From positions 1 through 34,153 of the forward strand of contig CAYNNI010000043.1 in NCBI GenBank assembly GCA_964398805.1: DNA of 34,153 nt, given 5' to 3'. The stretch's first letter is position 1. Every line of letters starts with the position of its first letter. A model generated the notes under the pieces. The model saw only the letters and a list, made by a program, of their open reading frames with translations. It had not been told where the DNA came from and searched no databases. This DNA is from Candidatus Micrarchaeota archaeon (GTDB lineage: Archaea; Micrarchaeota; Micrarchaeia; Micrarchaeales; Micrarchaeaceae). Position numbers and translations under genes: made by a program. Of the stretch, positions 15,106 to 23,335 are shown in pieces.

Positions 15106-15896
15106 ACATGGATATGCGCAAGACCGTGATAATTGTCAAGAAGGGCATCCGGCTGAACAAGCCCGTGCTCCTTGTCGGCCTGCCCGGCATAGGCAATGTC
15201 GGAAAGCTCGTGGCCGAGCACCTCCGGCGGGAGTTCAAAGCGAAGAGGTTCGCGGCGCTCTACTCGCCATACCTGCCGGACAGGGTCTCGATGCTGAAGC
15301 GCGGCACAATACGGCTATCGAACAACAGCTTCTACCTGATCAAGGCGAAGGGCGCATCAGGAAGCGACATAGTGATACTTACCGGAGACGCGCAGGGCGT
15401 CACGCCGCGGGGCAGGTACCTGATAAACTCAAAAATAGTGGACTTCTTCAAGAACAAGCTCAACGGCAAGTTCATATACACCGTAGGCGGTTACAACATA
15501 GGAAACTCCCTCGTGAAGTCTCCGCGCGTGTTCGGCAGCGCCTCCAGCAACAGCGTGGTCGCGCAGTTCAAGGACTCCGGCGTGGTGTTCGGCAAGACTC
15601 GAGGGGCCATAATGGGCTCCGCGGGGCTGGTCGTGGCGTTTGCAAAGATGTACAAGGTCGACGCCATATGCCTCATGGGCGAAACGAGCCTTCTCGATGT
15701 GGATGCGAACGCGGCCAAGGCGGTGCTGTTCGTGCTCGCGAAGAGGCTCGACCTCAAGATAAACACCGCCAAACTCGACAAGATAATAGAGGGCACGGCA
15801 AAGTTCGTCAAGGAGCTCGAGCGCCAGGTCAGCGTTGGAAATCAGCTCGAGCAGTTCCACAGGGAGCCCGAGAGCGGCCCCTCTTACATACGCTAA
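15102..15896 (+). CDS. PAC2-family proteasome assembly chaperone (COG1938, PbaA/PbaB-like)
   Basis: The sequence PVLLVGLPGIGNVGKLVAEHL...VILTGDAQ...GGY...GAIMGSAGLV...CLMGET fits the family. Its ATG overlaps the aIF2-alpha TGA as ATGA. It holds the position this family usually has downstream of aIF2-alpha. Confidence 0.8.
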   Translation: MNMDMRKTVIIVKKGIRLNKPVLLVGLPGIGNVGKLVAEHLRREFKAKRFAALYSPYLPDRVSMLKRGTIRLSNNSFYLIKAKGASGSDIVILTGDAQGVTPRGRYLINSKIVDFFKNKLNGKFIYTVGGYNIGNSLVKSPRVFGSASSNSVVAQFKDSGVVFGKTRGAIMGSAGLVVAFAKMYKVDAICLMGETSLLDVDANAAKAVLFVLAKRLDLKINTAKLDKIIEGTAKFVKELERQVSVGNQLEQFHREPESGPSYIR

Positions 15897-15897
15897 A

Positions 15898-15987
15898 GCG
15901 GGTATAGTCTAGCCTGGTAGGACGTGAATTCGAAAGAAGCGCAAGCTTCCCAAGCTCATGACCCGGGTTCAAATCCCGGTGCCCGCA
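15898..15987 (+). tRNA. tRNA-Gly (anticodon CCC) with a ~17-nt intron inside the 5' strand of the anticodon stem
   Basis: The acceptor (GCGGGTA/TGCCCGC, discriminator A), D arm (GTCT AGCCTGGTA GGAC) and T arm (CCGGG TTCAAAT CCCGG) are intact. The anticodon arm only forms (TGAGC TTCCCAA GCTCA, 4-nt variable TGAC) after removing 17 nt at about 15927-15943 (AATTCGAAAGAAGCGCA). The junction A is ambiguous by 1 nt. The spliced length is 73 nt. Confidence 0.65.
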
Positions 15988-16030
15988 TAACTGCTAAATA
16001 GCCAGAGAAGCAAGGCATCTCAGTTATTTT

Positions 16031-16612
16031 ATGGCGGAGATGGAAATTCTTGTTGAGGGATATGCCAAAGAAGTCCGCAGGGGATGGCTGGCGAGTTCAT
16101 CTGCAGTTTTAATCAAATCCAAAGGCAAAAACATAATCGCGGACCCAGGCTGCAGCAGGGGCAAGCTGCTAAAAGCACTGGAAAGCAGGAGCCTGGCGCC
16201 ATCAGATATGGATTTCGTCTTTCTTTCTCACGGCCATGTGGACCACGCGTTGTTGGCGGGGCTTTTTGAGAATGCGGAAATCGTAACCTTCGAAAATTTG
16301 ATGTACAAGAAGGACCTGCAGCTAGAGTTCGCCAAAAGAGTACTGGGCCCCGACACCTGCGTTATCGAGACCCCAGGCCACACGGCAGAGCACTGCTCGC
16401 TCGTAGTAAAAACAAGGGCGGGCGCATGCGTTATTGCTGGAGACGTCTTCTGGTGGGCAGACGGGAAAAAGCAAAAAGTCGACATAAACAAAATAGACGA
16501 TGCGCATCCAAAGGAACTCAACATGGAAGAGCTAATCAAATCCCGCAAGAGGGTCTTGAAAATTGCAGACTACGTGATTCCGGGGCACGGCAAGATGTTC
16601 AAGGTGGACTGA
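16031..16612 (+). CDS. MBL-fold metallo-hydrolase
   Basis: The 193-aa ORF has the HxHxDH motif FLSHGHVDHA, plus TPGHTAEH and a C-terminal VIPGHG. Confidence 0.85.
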   Translation: MAEMEILVEGYAKEVRRGWLASSSAVLIKSKGKNIIADPGCSRGKLLKALESRSLAPSDMDFVFLSHGHVDHALLAGLFENAEIVTFENLMYKKDLQLEFAKRVLGPDTCVIETPGHTAEHCSLVVKTRAGACVIAGDVFWWADGKKQKVDINKIDDAHPKELNMEELIKSRKRVLKIADYVIPGHGKMFKVD

Positions 16613-16622
16613 GGCGATCGCG

Positions 16623-17504
16623 ATGGGAAAACCAGACTGGCTTACGATACGGCCCGCTTCCACAGAAAAGTACTCCGGAATAAAGCACACAATCGAATCC
16701 CTGGGCCTCCATACCGTTTGCACCGAGGCGCGGTGCCCCAACACCGCAGAATGCTGGAGTTCCGGCACCGCAACGTTCCTCATCCTCGGCGGCGCATGCA
16801 CTAGAGGCTGCAGGTTCTGTTCGGTTCCTAAGCGAGCCCACGGAGATACTGTCGACGCGGCCGAGCCCGCAAAACTGGCAAGGGTCATAAGCGAATGGCG
16901 CCTGCCTTATGCGGTGCTTACCTCAGTATGCAGGGATGACCTGCCCGACCAAGGCTCCGATCATTTTGCAGAGTGCATACGCACAATAAAGCAGTCAAAT
17001 CCCAAAACGGTTGTAGAGGTCCTGATTCCCGATTTCCGCTGCGATGAAAACGCCCTGCGCCGCATTATCGGTGCGGGCCCTGATGTCATAGGACACAACG
17101 TCGAGACTGTGGAGTCGCTGTCCTCGAAGCTCAGGGACGCTCGCGCGTCATATTCGTTGTCGCTCCGCACGCTCAAGAAGATAAAGGCGCTCGCCCCCCA
17201 AATTTATACGAAATCGGCATTCATGCTGGGTCTTGGCGAGAGCGAACGCGATATCCTGCAAACGATGCGCGACCTGCGCAAAGCGGGTGTGGACTTTCTT
17301 GCCATCGGGCAATACCTGAGTCCAGGCGCGACCAACGTGAAGGTCGCAGATTACATAGAACCGGAAGAGTTCGAAAGGTGCAGAAGGGCAGCCGCGGAGC
17401 TCGGATTCCTCTACGTGGCATCGGGGCCTTTTGTAAGGAGCTCTTACAAGTCAGGAGAGTACTTCGCAAGAATGCTGACGGAGAGCAAGTTTGTTAGCGC
17501 ATGA
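16623..17504 (+). CDS. lipA: Lipoyl synthase LipA (radical SAM)
   Basis: The auxiliary cluster motif is CTEARCPNTAEC and the radical-SAM cluster motif is CTRGCRFCSV. Length is 293 aa. Confidence 0.93.
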   Translation: MGKPDWLTIRPASTEKYSGIKHTIESLGLHTVCTEARCPNTAECWSSGTATFLILGGACTRGCRFCSVPKRAHGDTVDAAEPAKLARVISEWRLPYAVLTSVCRDDLPDQGSDHFAECIRTIKQSNPKTVVEVLIPDFRCDENALRRIIGAGPDVIGHNVETVESLSSKLRDARASYSLSLRTLKKIKALAPQIYTKSAFMLGLGESERDILQTMRDLRKAGVDFLAIGQYLSPGATNVKVADYIEPEEFERCRRAAAELGFLYVASGPFVRSSYKSGEYFARMLTESKFVSA

Positions 17505-18240
17505 AGTTCCATGCGTCGGTCTTGTAAGTATTTTTGATGAGCCTGCCTATATCTTCCAGCTCATCAGGATCCAGTGCGCCCATCTGGTGCTCCTTCCCTT
17601 TAACGAAGCTTTCGAGCAGCGCCTCATAAAGATCTCCCCTGCTAGCGCCAGAATGGTCGCGAACACAAGTCACGCGATCCCTGACATCCTTTATCATCTT
17701 GTCTGAGATCTTCTCGCTGCTTACTTTCAGCAGAGAGAACATCTTTTCTGGATCGAAGCCGTAAAGTACCGTGCCATGCTGCAGCACAATCCCCTCATGC
17801 CTCGACTGGGCGTTCCCAGATATCTTCCTTCCTCCGACAACTATATCATTTATCGGGGCGAAATCAGCGCCGATTCCCAGCGAGGATAGCGCGTCAACTA
17901 TCCAGCCGCAGATGACCTTGTAGCTCTCTATTACGTTCTTCGGGAAAAGGTCCTCGGGAGCTATGACGCTATACGTGATCTCGCCTTCAGAGTCGTGATA
18001 GACTGCGCCACCCCCCGTTTTGCGCCTTACGTAATCAACGCCGAGCGCTCTACACTTATCCACGTCTACCTCATCAATCATCGATTGGAAGTGGCCGATC
18101 GAGACCGCGCTCGGCTTCCATGTATAGAACCTTATCGTGGGATCCGCACGCCCCGCGTGCACCATGGAACCTATCGCTTCGTCCGCTGCCATGTTGAAAT
18201 ATGCATCGTGCGTCTCCAAGCCTATGATCCGCCACCTCAT
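17494..18240 (-). CDS. lplA: Lipoate-protein ligase A, catalytic (N-terminal) subunit
   Basis: The sequence reads FNMAADEAI...PTIRFYTWKPSAVSIGHFQS...YVRRKTGGGAVYHD...GRKISGNAQ. At 248 aa it lacks the C-terminal accessory domain, which the next gene encodes. Confidence 0.9.
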   Translation of the reverse strand: MRWRIIGLETHDAYFNMAADEAIGSMVHAGRADPTIRFYTWKPSAVSIGHFQSMIDEVDVDKCRALGVDYVRRKTGGGAVYHDSEGEITYSVIAPEDLFPKNVIESYKVICGWIVDALSSLGIGADFAPINDIVVGGRKISGNAQSRHEGIVLQHGTVLYGFDPEKMFSLLKVSSEKISDKMIKDVRDRVTCVRDHSGASRGDLYEALLESFVKGKEHQMGALDPDELEDIGRLIKNTYKTDAWNFMR

Positions 18241-18521
18241 CTTATCGCCATCTTTATCGTCTGCGCAATTGCGTCAGGTGTGATGCCTACCATCTGTATG
18301 CCATTTTTCGCAACGACCGCATCTATCCTCTTAGAAATCTCACCAGAATCCAAACCGACCGGCGTCCCTATCAGCGCAGCTTCTATTTTCGGCAGCGAAT
18401 CTTCAGGGAACAGGAAGAAGTCGCCCAGTATCTGGATATCTCTCAGCTCGCTATCGAACTTTACCTTCACAGCAAGCAGCTTCCCTCCCGGAATCTTTTG
18501 TTTCGCGGTCCCTTCCAGCAT
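18237..18521 (-). CDS. lplB: Lipoate-protein ligase C-terminal accessory domain protein (LplB-like)
   Basis: The 94-aa ORF reads KIPGGKLLAVKVKFDSELRDIQILGDFFLFPED...IEAAL.G. It overlaps the lplA start by 4 nt. This matches the split LplA/LplB arrangement known from Thermoplasma. Confidence 0.8.
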   Translation of the reverse strand: MLEGTAKQKIPGGKLLAVKVKFDSELRDIQILGDFFLFPEDSLPKIEAALIGTPVGLDSGEISKRIDAVVAKNGIQMVGITPDAIAQTIKMAIR

Positions 18522-18527
18522 ACGCTA

Positions 18528-19085
18528 TCACCTATTTCTTGAAATGAACACGGCCAGCTTTCCAAACGCAAGGCTTCGGTGGCTCATTTTGCTCTTTTCC
18601 CCGATGGCCATTTCCCCGTACGTCTTGTCCCCGCCTTCCGGAAGGAATACGGGGTCCCATCCAAATCCTGCCTTCCCCCTGGGCGGCACTATAAATCCGC
18701 GGACGCTGCCTTCAAAGAATCGCATCCTCCCTTTGGATTCGGCATAGCCCACAGTGCATCTGGCTTCCGCATGGCTGTCTCCGAGCTTTTCAGCCATTTT
18801 ATATATGCCTTCTGGCCCCAGCGCCTCGAGGAACCACTTGATCAGCGGGCCGGGCAGGCCGTTGAGGCATTTCAAATGCAGCGAAACGTCCTCGACAACA
18901 AGATTGCTGCCCCTATATCGCAGCCCCTCCAGGAGTTTGTGCCTGACTATCTCTTTCGGGTCGCTGTTCTGTATCTCCGGAAGGTCTACATCAAGCTGTT
19001 CCACGTCCTTAAGTATCGCCTTTACCTCCCTGAACTTGTTCTTGTTTCCGGTGACCAGGTACAACATTTCATCATCACAGCCCAT
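18528..19085 (-). CDS. Non-canonical purine NTP pyrophosphatase (RdgB/HAM1/ITPase)
   Basis: The sequence reads LYLVTGNKNKFREVKAIL...PEIQ...VEDVSL...NGLPGP..KWF...GFGWDPVF.P...KTYGEM....K...SHR. Start is either 19085 or the MLYLV Met at 19067. Confidence 0.9.
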   Translation of the reverse strand: MGCDDEMLYLVTGNKNKFREVKAILKDVEQLDVDLPEIQNSDPKEIVRHKLLEGLRYRGSNLVVEDVSLHLKCLNGLPGPLIKWFLEALGPEGIYKMAEKLGDSHAEARCTVGYAESKGRMRFFEGSVRGFIVPPRGKAGFGWDPVFLPEGGDKTYGEMAIGEKSKMSHRSLAFGKLAVFISRNR

Positions 19086-21603
19086 TCTTTTTCATAAAGG
19101 CGAGGTTCGCCTCAATCTTTTCAAGCGTCTGCGCCAGCGGCCTCTTTATGTCATCGCGAAGATTGGAGCTTTTCCCAAAGAAACTTTTGAAATCGGAATA
19201 CATACGCACGTCATTCATTCCATCAAAACATTCCACAAAACCGCTGAGCATGAGGGTTCCAAGGGGGTATCTCGCCATCAGTATCCTCCAGTTGCCCTTT
19301 ACCCATTTCCAAAGGGCGCCCTGGGTTCCGGGAAGCTCTGATTCGACCGCAGGTATCACAAAGGAATCCTGGAGCTTTACTGCCCCAGAGAGCGAAAATC
19401 CAAGCGCGGACTTCAGGTTAGCGGCACCCACAGTGCCCAGCGCGACCAGCAGGCGCCTCTTCTCTTCAGGTACCTGCTCTTTTTCATAGAGCGCCCTGAA
19501 GGCCGCATATGCGCCCGCCTTGTTGAACGCGACGACTCTGTACACCGAAGAGCGCAGGTCGGAATCTATTCTGCTCCCGCTCTTCAGGTATGCGAAAAAC
19601 ATGCCGGCACACCTATTCACGACTGCCACATCCCCCACCAGGCCAAGAGCGGATATGCAGGCCGAGCGCAAGATGATTTCCAGCGTTCCGTCGCGCGGTC
19701 TGCGAGACCACGTAAGCTTGCCCAAAAGCACATTCCCATACTCAGATACGGTCTTAGCCACCCTCTCCTTCAGCCTGCCCGAGGTCATGGCATGCAGCCA
19801 TTGTAGCTGCCCCAGCACGCTGACGTTGAGCAGCGGGTCGTAAGCCGGGCAGTATTCGCTTACGAAATCCAGATAGTCCGCGACAGGCTCCCGCCCTGAC
19901 CTTGCAAGGACAAAAAGATCCGATACGATTCCCCAGGCATCACGGTTTCTGATACGGCCCGAACGTATTGCTGCCCCAAGCCTTCCGAGCATGGCTTTGG
20001 GGTACTTCACCCTGTAGAATCCGGCCTGCGAATAGTTCAATTTTATCCATTTGGCTCCGCCAATCCGTATCTTTGCGGTCTTGCCGAGCATCAGCATTCT
20101 TCTGTCCGGTTCGCCTTGCGCTTTGTAGTGCACGGGTATCCTCCATGCGAGAGACCCCTTTATCGTGCTCGAAAGCGTGAACCTGTCCTGCGCAAGCCGC
20201 AGCCAATCCCCCGCCTCGGATACCTCTATTATAGGATACCCTGGCCGCTCGATCCACTCCTTTGCGATCTCCTCAGTTTTCAAGATCCCTTCCTTCCGGG
20301 CGGCTGCTCCTATTGCCTTCCAGAGGTCCTCCTTCGTGGCATTCGCGTAAGACTTGCTCTTGAGATAGCTGTGCAGGCCCGCGCGGAACGCGCCCTCGCC
20401 AACGTAATCCTCCAGCATGTAAAGGATGGCGCTGCCCTTGGAATAGCTTATCCCAGGATCGAACATCTGCTCAATCTCCGCAGGATTCCTCACGTGCGCG
20501 TTTATAGACCGGGTCGACCTGAGCTGGTCCGTGCTCATCGCCGTAGACATCCTCCCGACCAGCTGCTGGTCGCGCATGTGCCACTCGGGAAACAGCGCGT
20601 CAGGCGCGTTGCATTCCATGAGCGAGGCGAAGCTCTCATTGAGCCAAAGGTCGTCCCACCACTTCATCGTGACCAGGTCTCCAAACCACTGGTGCGCCAT
20701 TTCATGCGCAACTATCACGGCCACGGTCTGCTTGTACTGCAGCGAGCTCTTCTTCTCGTCCCCCAGCAGCGCCACCTCCCGGAATGCCATCGCGCCCCAG
20801 TTTTCCATCGCGCCCGCGGCGAAGTCGGGCACCGCTATCATGTCCAGCTTTGGCAGGGGGTAGTCTACGCCGAAATACCCTTGGTAGAACTTAAGCAGTT
20901 TTGATGCGAAGCCCAGAGCCAGATTTGCCAAGTTGGCGCGCCCAGGAACCGCTGCTAGGCGGAGCAGTGTCTTCCCCGCCTTTTTGGCCCGGAACTCGAA
21001 GTTTCCAACTCCGATGTAAAGCAGGTAGCAGCTCATCCTCGGCGTTTCATAGAACACCACGAGCTTCTTATCCCCTGCCAGGTCTTTCGCCCTCTTTATC
21101 GGCATGTTGGATATGGCATCGTATTTCCTGTCCACAATGAAGCGCAGGTCGAACCTCGCTTTCTTCTCAGGTTCATCGAAGCACGGGAAGACGGACCGCG
21201 CCCCGATGGGCTCCATCTGCGTGGTCAGCAAGTAGCGCGCCTCGCCTCCGACCGCGTAGCTGCTCCTATAGAACCCGATCATGCTGTCGTTGTTCTTCCC
21301 GGAAAACTTTAGGTGCACTTTGGCAGCTCCGGATATCATTTTCGAGAGCCGCAGGGTCAACACATCCCTGAGCCTATCGAAGGAGATTCTCGGCAGGTAC
21401 GTCTTTCCCTTCGAAACTATGCCAGCGGCCTCGATTGTCAGGTCTTTTGAGTTCAGCCTGATCTCTTTCGTCGGCCTTCTGATCCTGATATCAATCGTTT
21501 CTTCGCCTTCGAAAACGAAACGCACGAGGTCAGTTTTCATGGTTAGTGTATAGCGCCCAGGCACGACATTATTTCCGAGCGCCCATACGTCTCCGGCGTC
21601 CAC
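19075..21603 (-). CDS. M1-family zinc aminopeptidase (tricorn-interacting factor F2/F3-like)
   Basis: The 842-aa ORF has the exopeptidase motif AAGAMENWGA and the zinc motif VAHEMAHQWFGDLVTMKWWDDLWLNESFA (HExxH-x18-E). It starts at a GTG. Confidence 0.92.
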   Translation of the reverse strand: MDAGDVWALGNNVVPGRYTLTMKTDLVRFVFEGEETIDIRIRRPTKEIRLNSKDLTIEAAGIVSKGKTYLPRISFDRLRDVLTLRLSKMISGAAKVHLKFSGKNNDSMIGFYRSSYAVGGEARYLLTTQMEPIGARSVFPCFDEPEKKARFDLRFIVDRKYDAISNMPIKRAKDLAGDKKLVVFYETPRMSCYLLYIGVGNFEFRAKKAGKTLLRLAAVPGRANLANLALGFASKLLKFYQGYFGVDYPLPKLDMIAVPDFAAGAMENWGAMAFREVALLGDEKKSSLQYKQTVAVIVAHEMAHQWFGDLVTMKWWDDLWLNESFASLMECNAPDALFPEWHMRDQQLVGRMSTAMSTDQLRSTRSINAHVRNPAEIEQMFDPGISYSKGSAILYMLEDYVGEGAFRAGLHSYLKSKSYANATKEDLWKAIGAAARKEGILKTEEIAKEWIERPGYPIIEVSEAGDWLRLAQDRFTLSSTIKGSLAWRIPVHYKAQGEPDRRMLMLGKTAKIRIGGAKWIKLNYSQAGFYRVKYPKAMLGRLGAAIRSGRIRNRDAWGIVSDLFVLARSGREPVADYLDFVSEYCPAYDPLLNVSVLGQLQWLHAMTSGRLKERVAKTVSEYGNVLLGKLTWSRRPRDGTLEIILRSACISALGLVGDVAVVNRCAGMFFAYLKSGSRIDSDLRSSVYRVVAFNKAGAYAAFRALYEKEQVPEEKRRLLVALGTVGAANLKSALGFSLSGAVKLQDSFVIPAVESELPGTQGALWKWVKGNWRILMARYPLGTLMLSGFVECFDGMNDVRMYSDFKSFFGKSSNLRDDIKRPLAQTLEKIEANLAFMKKNGL

Positions 21604-21620
21604 AAGACCACTGGCAAGGT

Positions 21621-21640
21621 ATTTAACTTAATTTTAATAT
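21621..21640. promoter_or_regulatory. AT-rich bidirectional promoter region between the M1 and M24 peptidase genes
   Basis: The divergent spacer is only 35 nt. It contains atttaacttaattttaatat, with TATA-like motifs readable on both strands. Confidence 0.35.
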
Positions 21641-22742
21641 GCTTATGTGTGGATTCATGGATAGCGTCAGGCACAGGCTAGACAAATTCTTCGCCAAGTC
21701 CGAGGCACGCGCGCTTGTGCTCGTTAACGTCTCAACTCCGGATCCGAATTTCCTATACTTCACCGGATTCACCAGCGGGCTTTTCGAGGACAACTTCCTG
21801 GTCGTGAGGAAGCGCGGGCTCACTCTGTTTACGAACACCCTGGAATACGGCGCCGCCCTGGCTCAAAGGCCGCGCGAGATGAAGATCATAGTTGTCAGAA
21901 AGCGGAAGGAACTGGTAAGCGGCCTTCGGGCCGCGCTCAGGGGCAGGAGAGTATGCCTGAACTACGATTTTATTCCGGTGCGCTACTTCAATTTTATCGA
22001 AGGCGTCGTCGGGCCGAAAAGGCTCTGCGATGCGGCATCCGACCTCGATTCCACCAGATTGGTGAAAGATGCCGGCGAAATACGCGCTCTCTCGGAAGGG
22101 GCTTCGATAACAAAGTATGCCATGTCGCAGATAATGCGTTTTGCGAGGGTGGGCATGACCGAAAAGCAGCTTGCGGCAATATTCACGAACATGATGATGG
22201 AGCGCGGAGCGCAGGCGCCGTCGTTCCGCACCATAGTGTCTTTCGGGAAGAACGCCGCGATACCCCATCACACTCCGGACGACACCGCGCTATCGCGCAA
22301 CGAGCTTGTGCTGATAGACGCCGGAGCGAAGGTTCGCAACTACTGCTCCGACATCACAAGGACCTTCATCTTCAGGCCGGATAAGGGCAGCGCCTACTAC
22401 GCAAAGGCCATGCGCATGATCGAGACGGTGAGGAAGGCCCAGCGCGCAGCCATGTCGCTGATGAAGGACGGAGCTGCCGGAAAGGACGTCCACATCGCCG
22501 CAGAAAACACGATAAACAATTCGAGCGGCGGCGCGTACAAAGGCAAGTTCATACACTCAGTAAGTCATTCCGTTGGACTGAACACGCACGATGGCGACGT
22601 TGCCCTGGGTCCCACGACGTCGCTGGTGCTAAAGAGCGGGATGGTGCTCAGCTGCGAGCCCGGCATATACGTGCAGGGCTTCGGCGGAGTCCGCATAGAG
22701 GACGACATACTGGTGACAAAGTCGGGCCCGAAGGTACTGTAG
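21639..22742 (+). CDS. M24B-family Xaa-Pro aminopeptidase/dipeptidase
   Basis: The metal-ligand pattern reads PHHTPDD...LIDAGA...YCSDITRTF...HSVSHSVGLNTHD...CEPGIY...GGVRIEDDILV. The alternative Met at 21657 (MDSVRH) is at least as plausible as the start. Confidence 0.9.
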   Translation: MLMCGFMDSVRHRLDKFFAKSEARALVLVNVSTPDPNFLYFTGFTSGLFEDNFLVVRKRGLTLFTNTLEYGAALAQRPREMKIIVVRKRKELVSGLRAALRGRRVCLNYDFIPVRYFNFIEGVVGPKRLCDAASDLDSTRLVKDAGEIRALSEGASITKYAMSQIMRFARVGMTEKQLAAIFTNMMMERGAQAPSFRTIVSFGKNAAIPHHTPDDTALSRNELVLIDAGAKVRNYCSDITRTFIFRPDKGSAYYAKAMRMIETVRKAQRAAMSLMKDGAAGKDVHIAAENTINNSSGGAYKGKFIHSVSHSVGLNTHDGDVALGPTTSLVLKSGMVLSCEPGIYVQGFGGVRIEDDILVTKSGPKVL

Positions 22743-22752
22743 TCAAAAGGCG

Positions 22753-23335
22753 ATGCCGATGGCAAAAATAAGAATACTGGCTTTTGGGGCGAGCCTGAGA
22801 AAAGGCTCATACAGCATGATGGTCCAGAACTCGCTCCCCGCGCTCGCCCCCGAAGGTGCGGAGGTTGCGGCGTTCGCGCTTGATGGCATACCCGCGTTTA
22901 ACCAGGATCTTGAGGCCAGCATGCCAGCCAAGGTTCTCGAGTTCAAAGCCGCGACAGTGGGCGCGGACGCGGTGGTCATCGTCACTCCGGAATACAACTA
23001 CTCGATGCCGGGCTACCTGAAAAACGCGATAGACTGGGCGTCAAGGCCTTACGGAAGCAACTCCCTCGACGGGAAGCCGGCAGCAATAATAAGCACCTCT
23101 CCGGGCGCGCTCGGCGGCTCACGGGCAAACTACCATCTCAGGCAGTCCTTCATATTCCTCAACGTGCGCACCTTCAACAAGCCCGAAGCAATAATACCGC
23201 AAGACGCGCCAGAAGGCAAAGGACGGCGCGCTGTCCGACGAAAAGACCGTTGAAGTGGTCAAGAGGCTGCTCCAGAACCTCGTGCAGCTCGCCCAGGAGC
23301 CCAAAAGCAGCGATGCGCCTACCAGAACTCGTTGA
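22753..23335 (+). pseudogene. NADPH-dependent FMN reductase (flavodoxin-like fold), disrupted by a +1 frameshift near the C-terminus
   Basis: The ORF reads KIRILAFGASLRKGSYS...VIVTPEYNYSMPGYLKNAIDWASRP...GKPAAIISTSPG, ending NKPEAIIPQDAPEGKGRRAVRRKDR-stop. The +1 frame from about 23216 continues AKDGALSDEKTVEVVKRLLQNLVQLAQEPKSS...-TGA (23333-23335), which is the expected family C-terminus. That frame has a stop at 23192, so the shift lies in 23195-23216. Confidence 0.7.

Noticed and set aside
15882-15896. A C-terminal HbYX proteasome-docking motif on the PAC2-family protein (...PSYIR).
   Set aside because: HbYX needs Tyr at the penultimate position. Here Tyr is third from the end (Y-I-R), so the motif is not actually present.
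20116-20904. A 262-aa plus-strand ORF opposite the M1 aminopeptidase.
   Set aside because: It is antisense to the region encoding the GAMEN and HExxH motifs. The translation is Arg/Pro/Leu-rich with no family resemblance.
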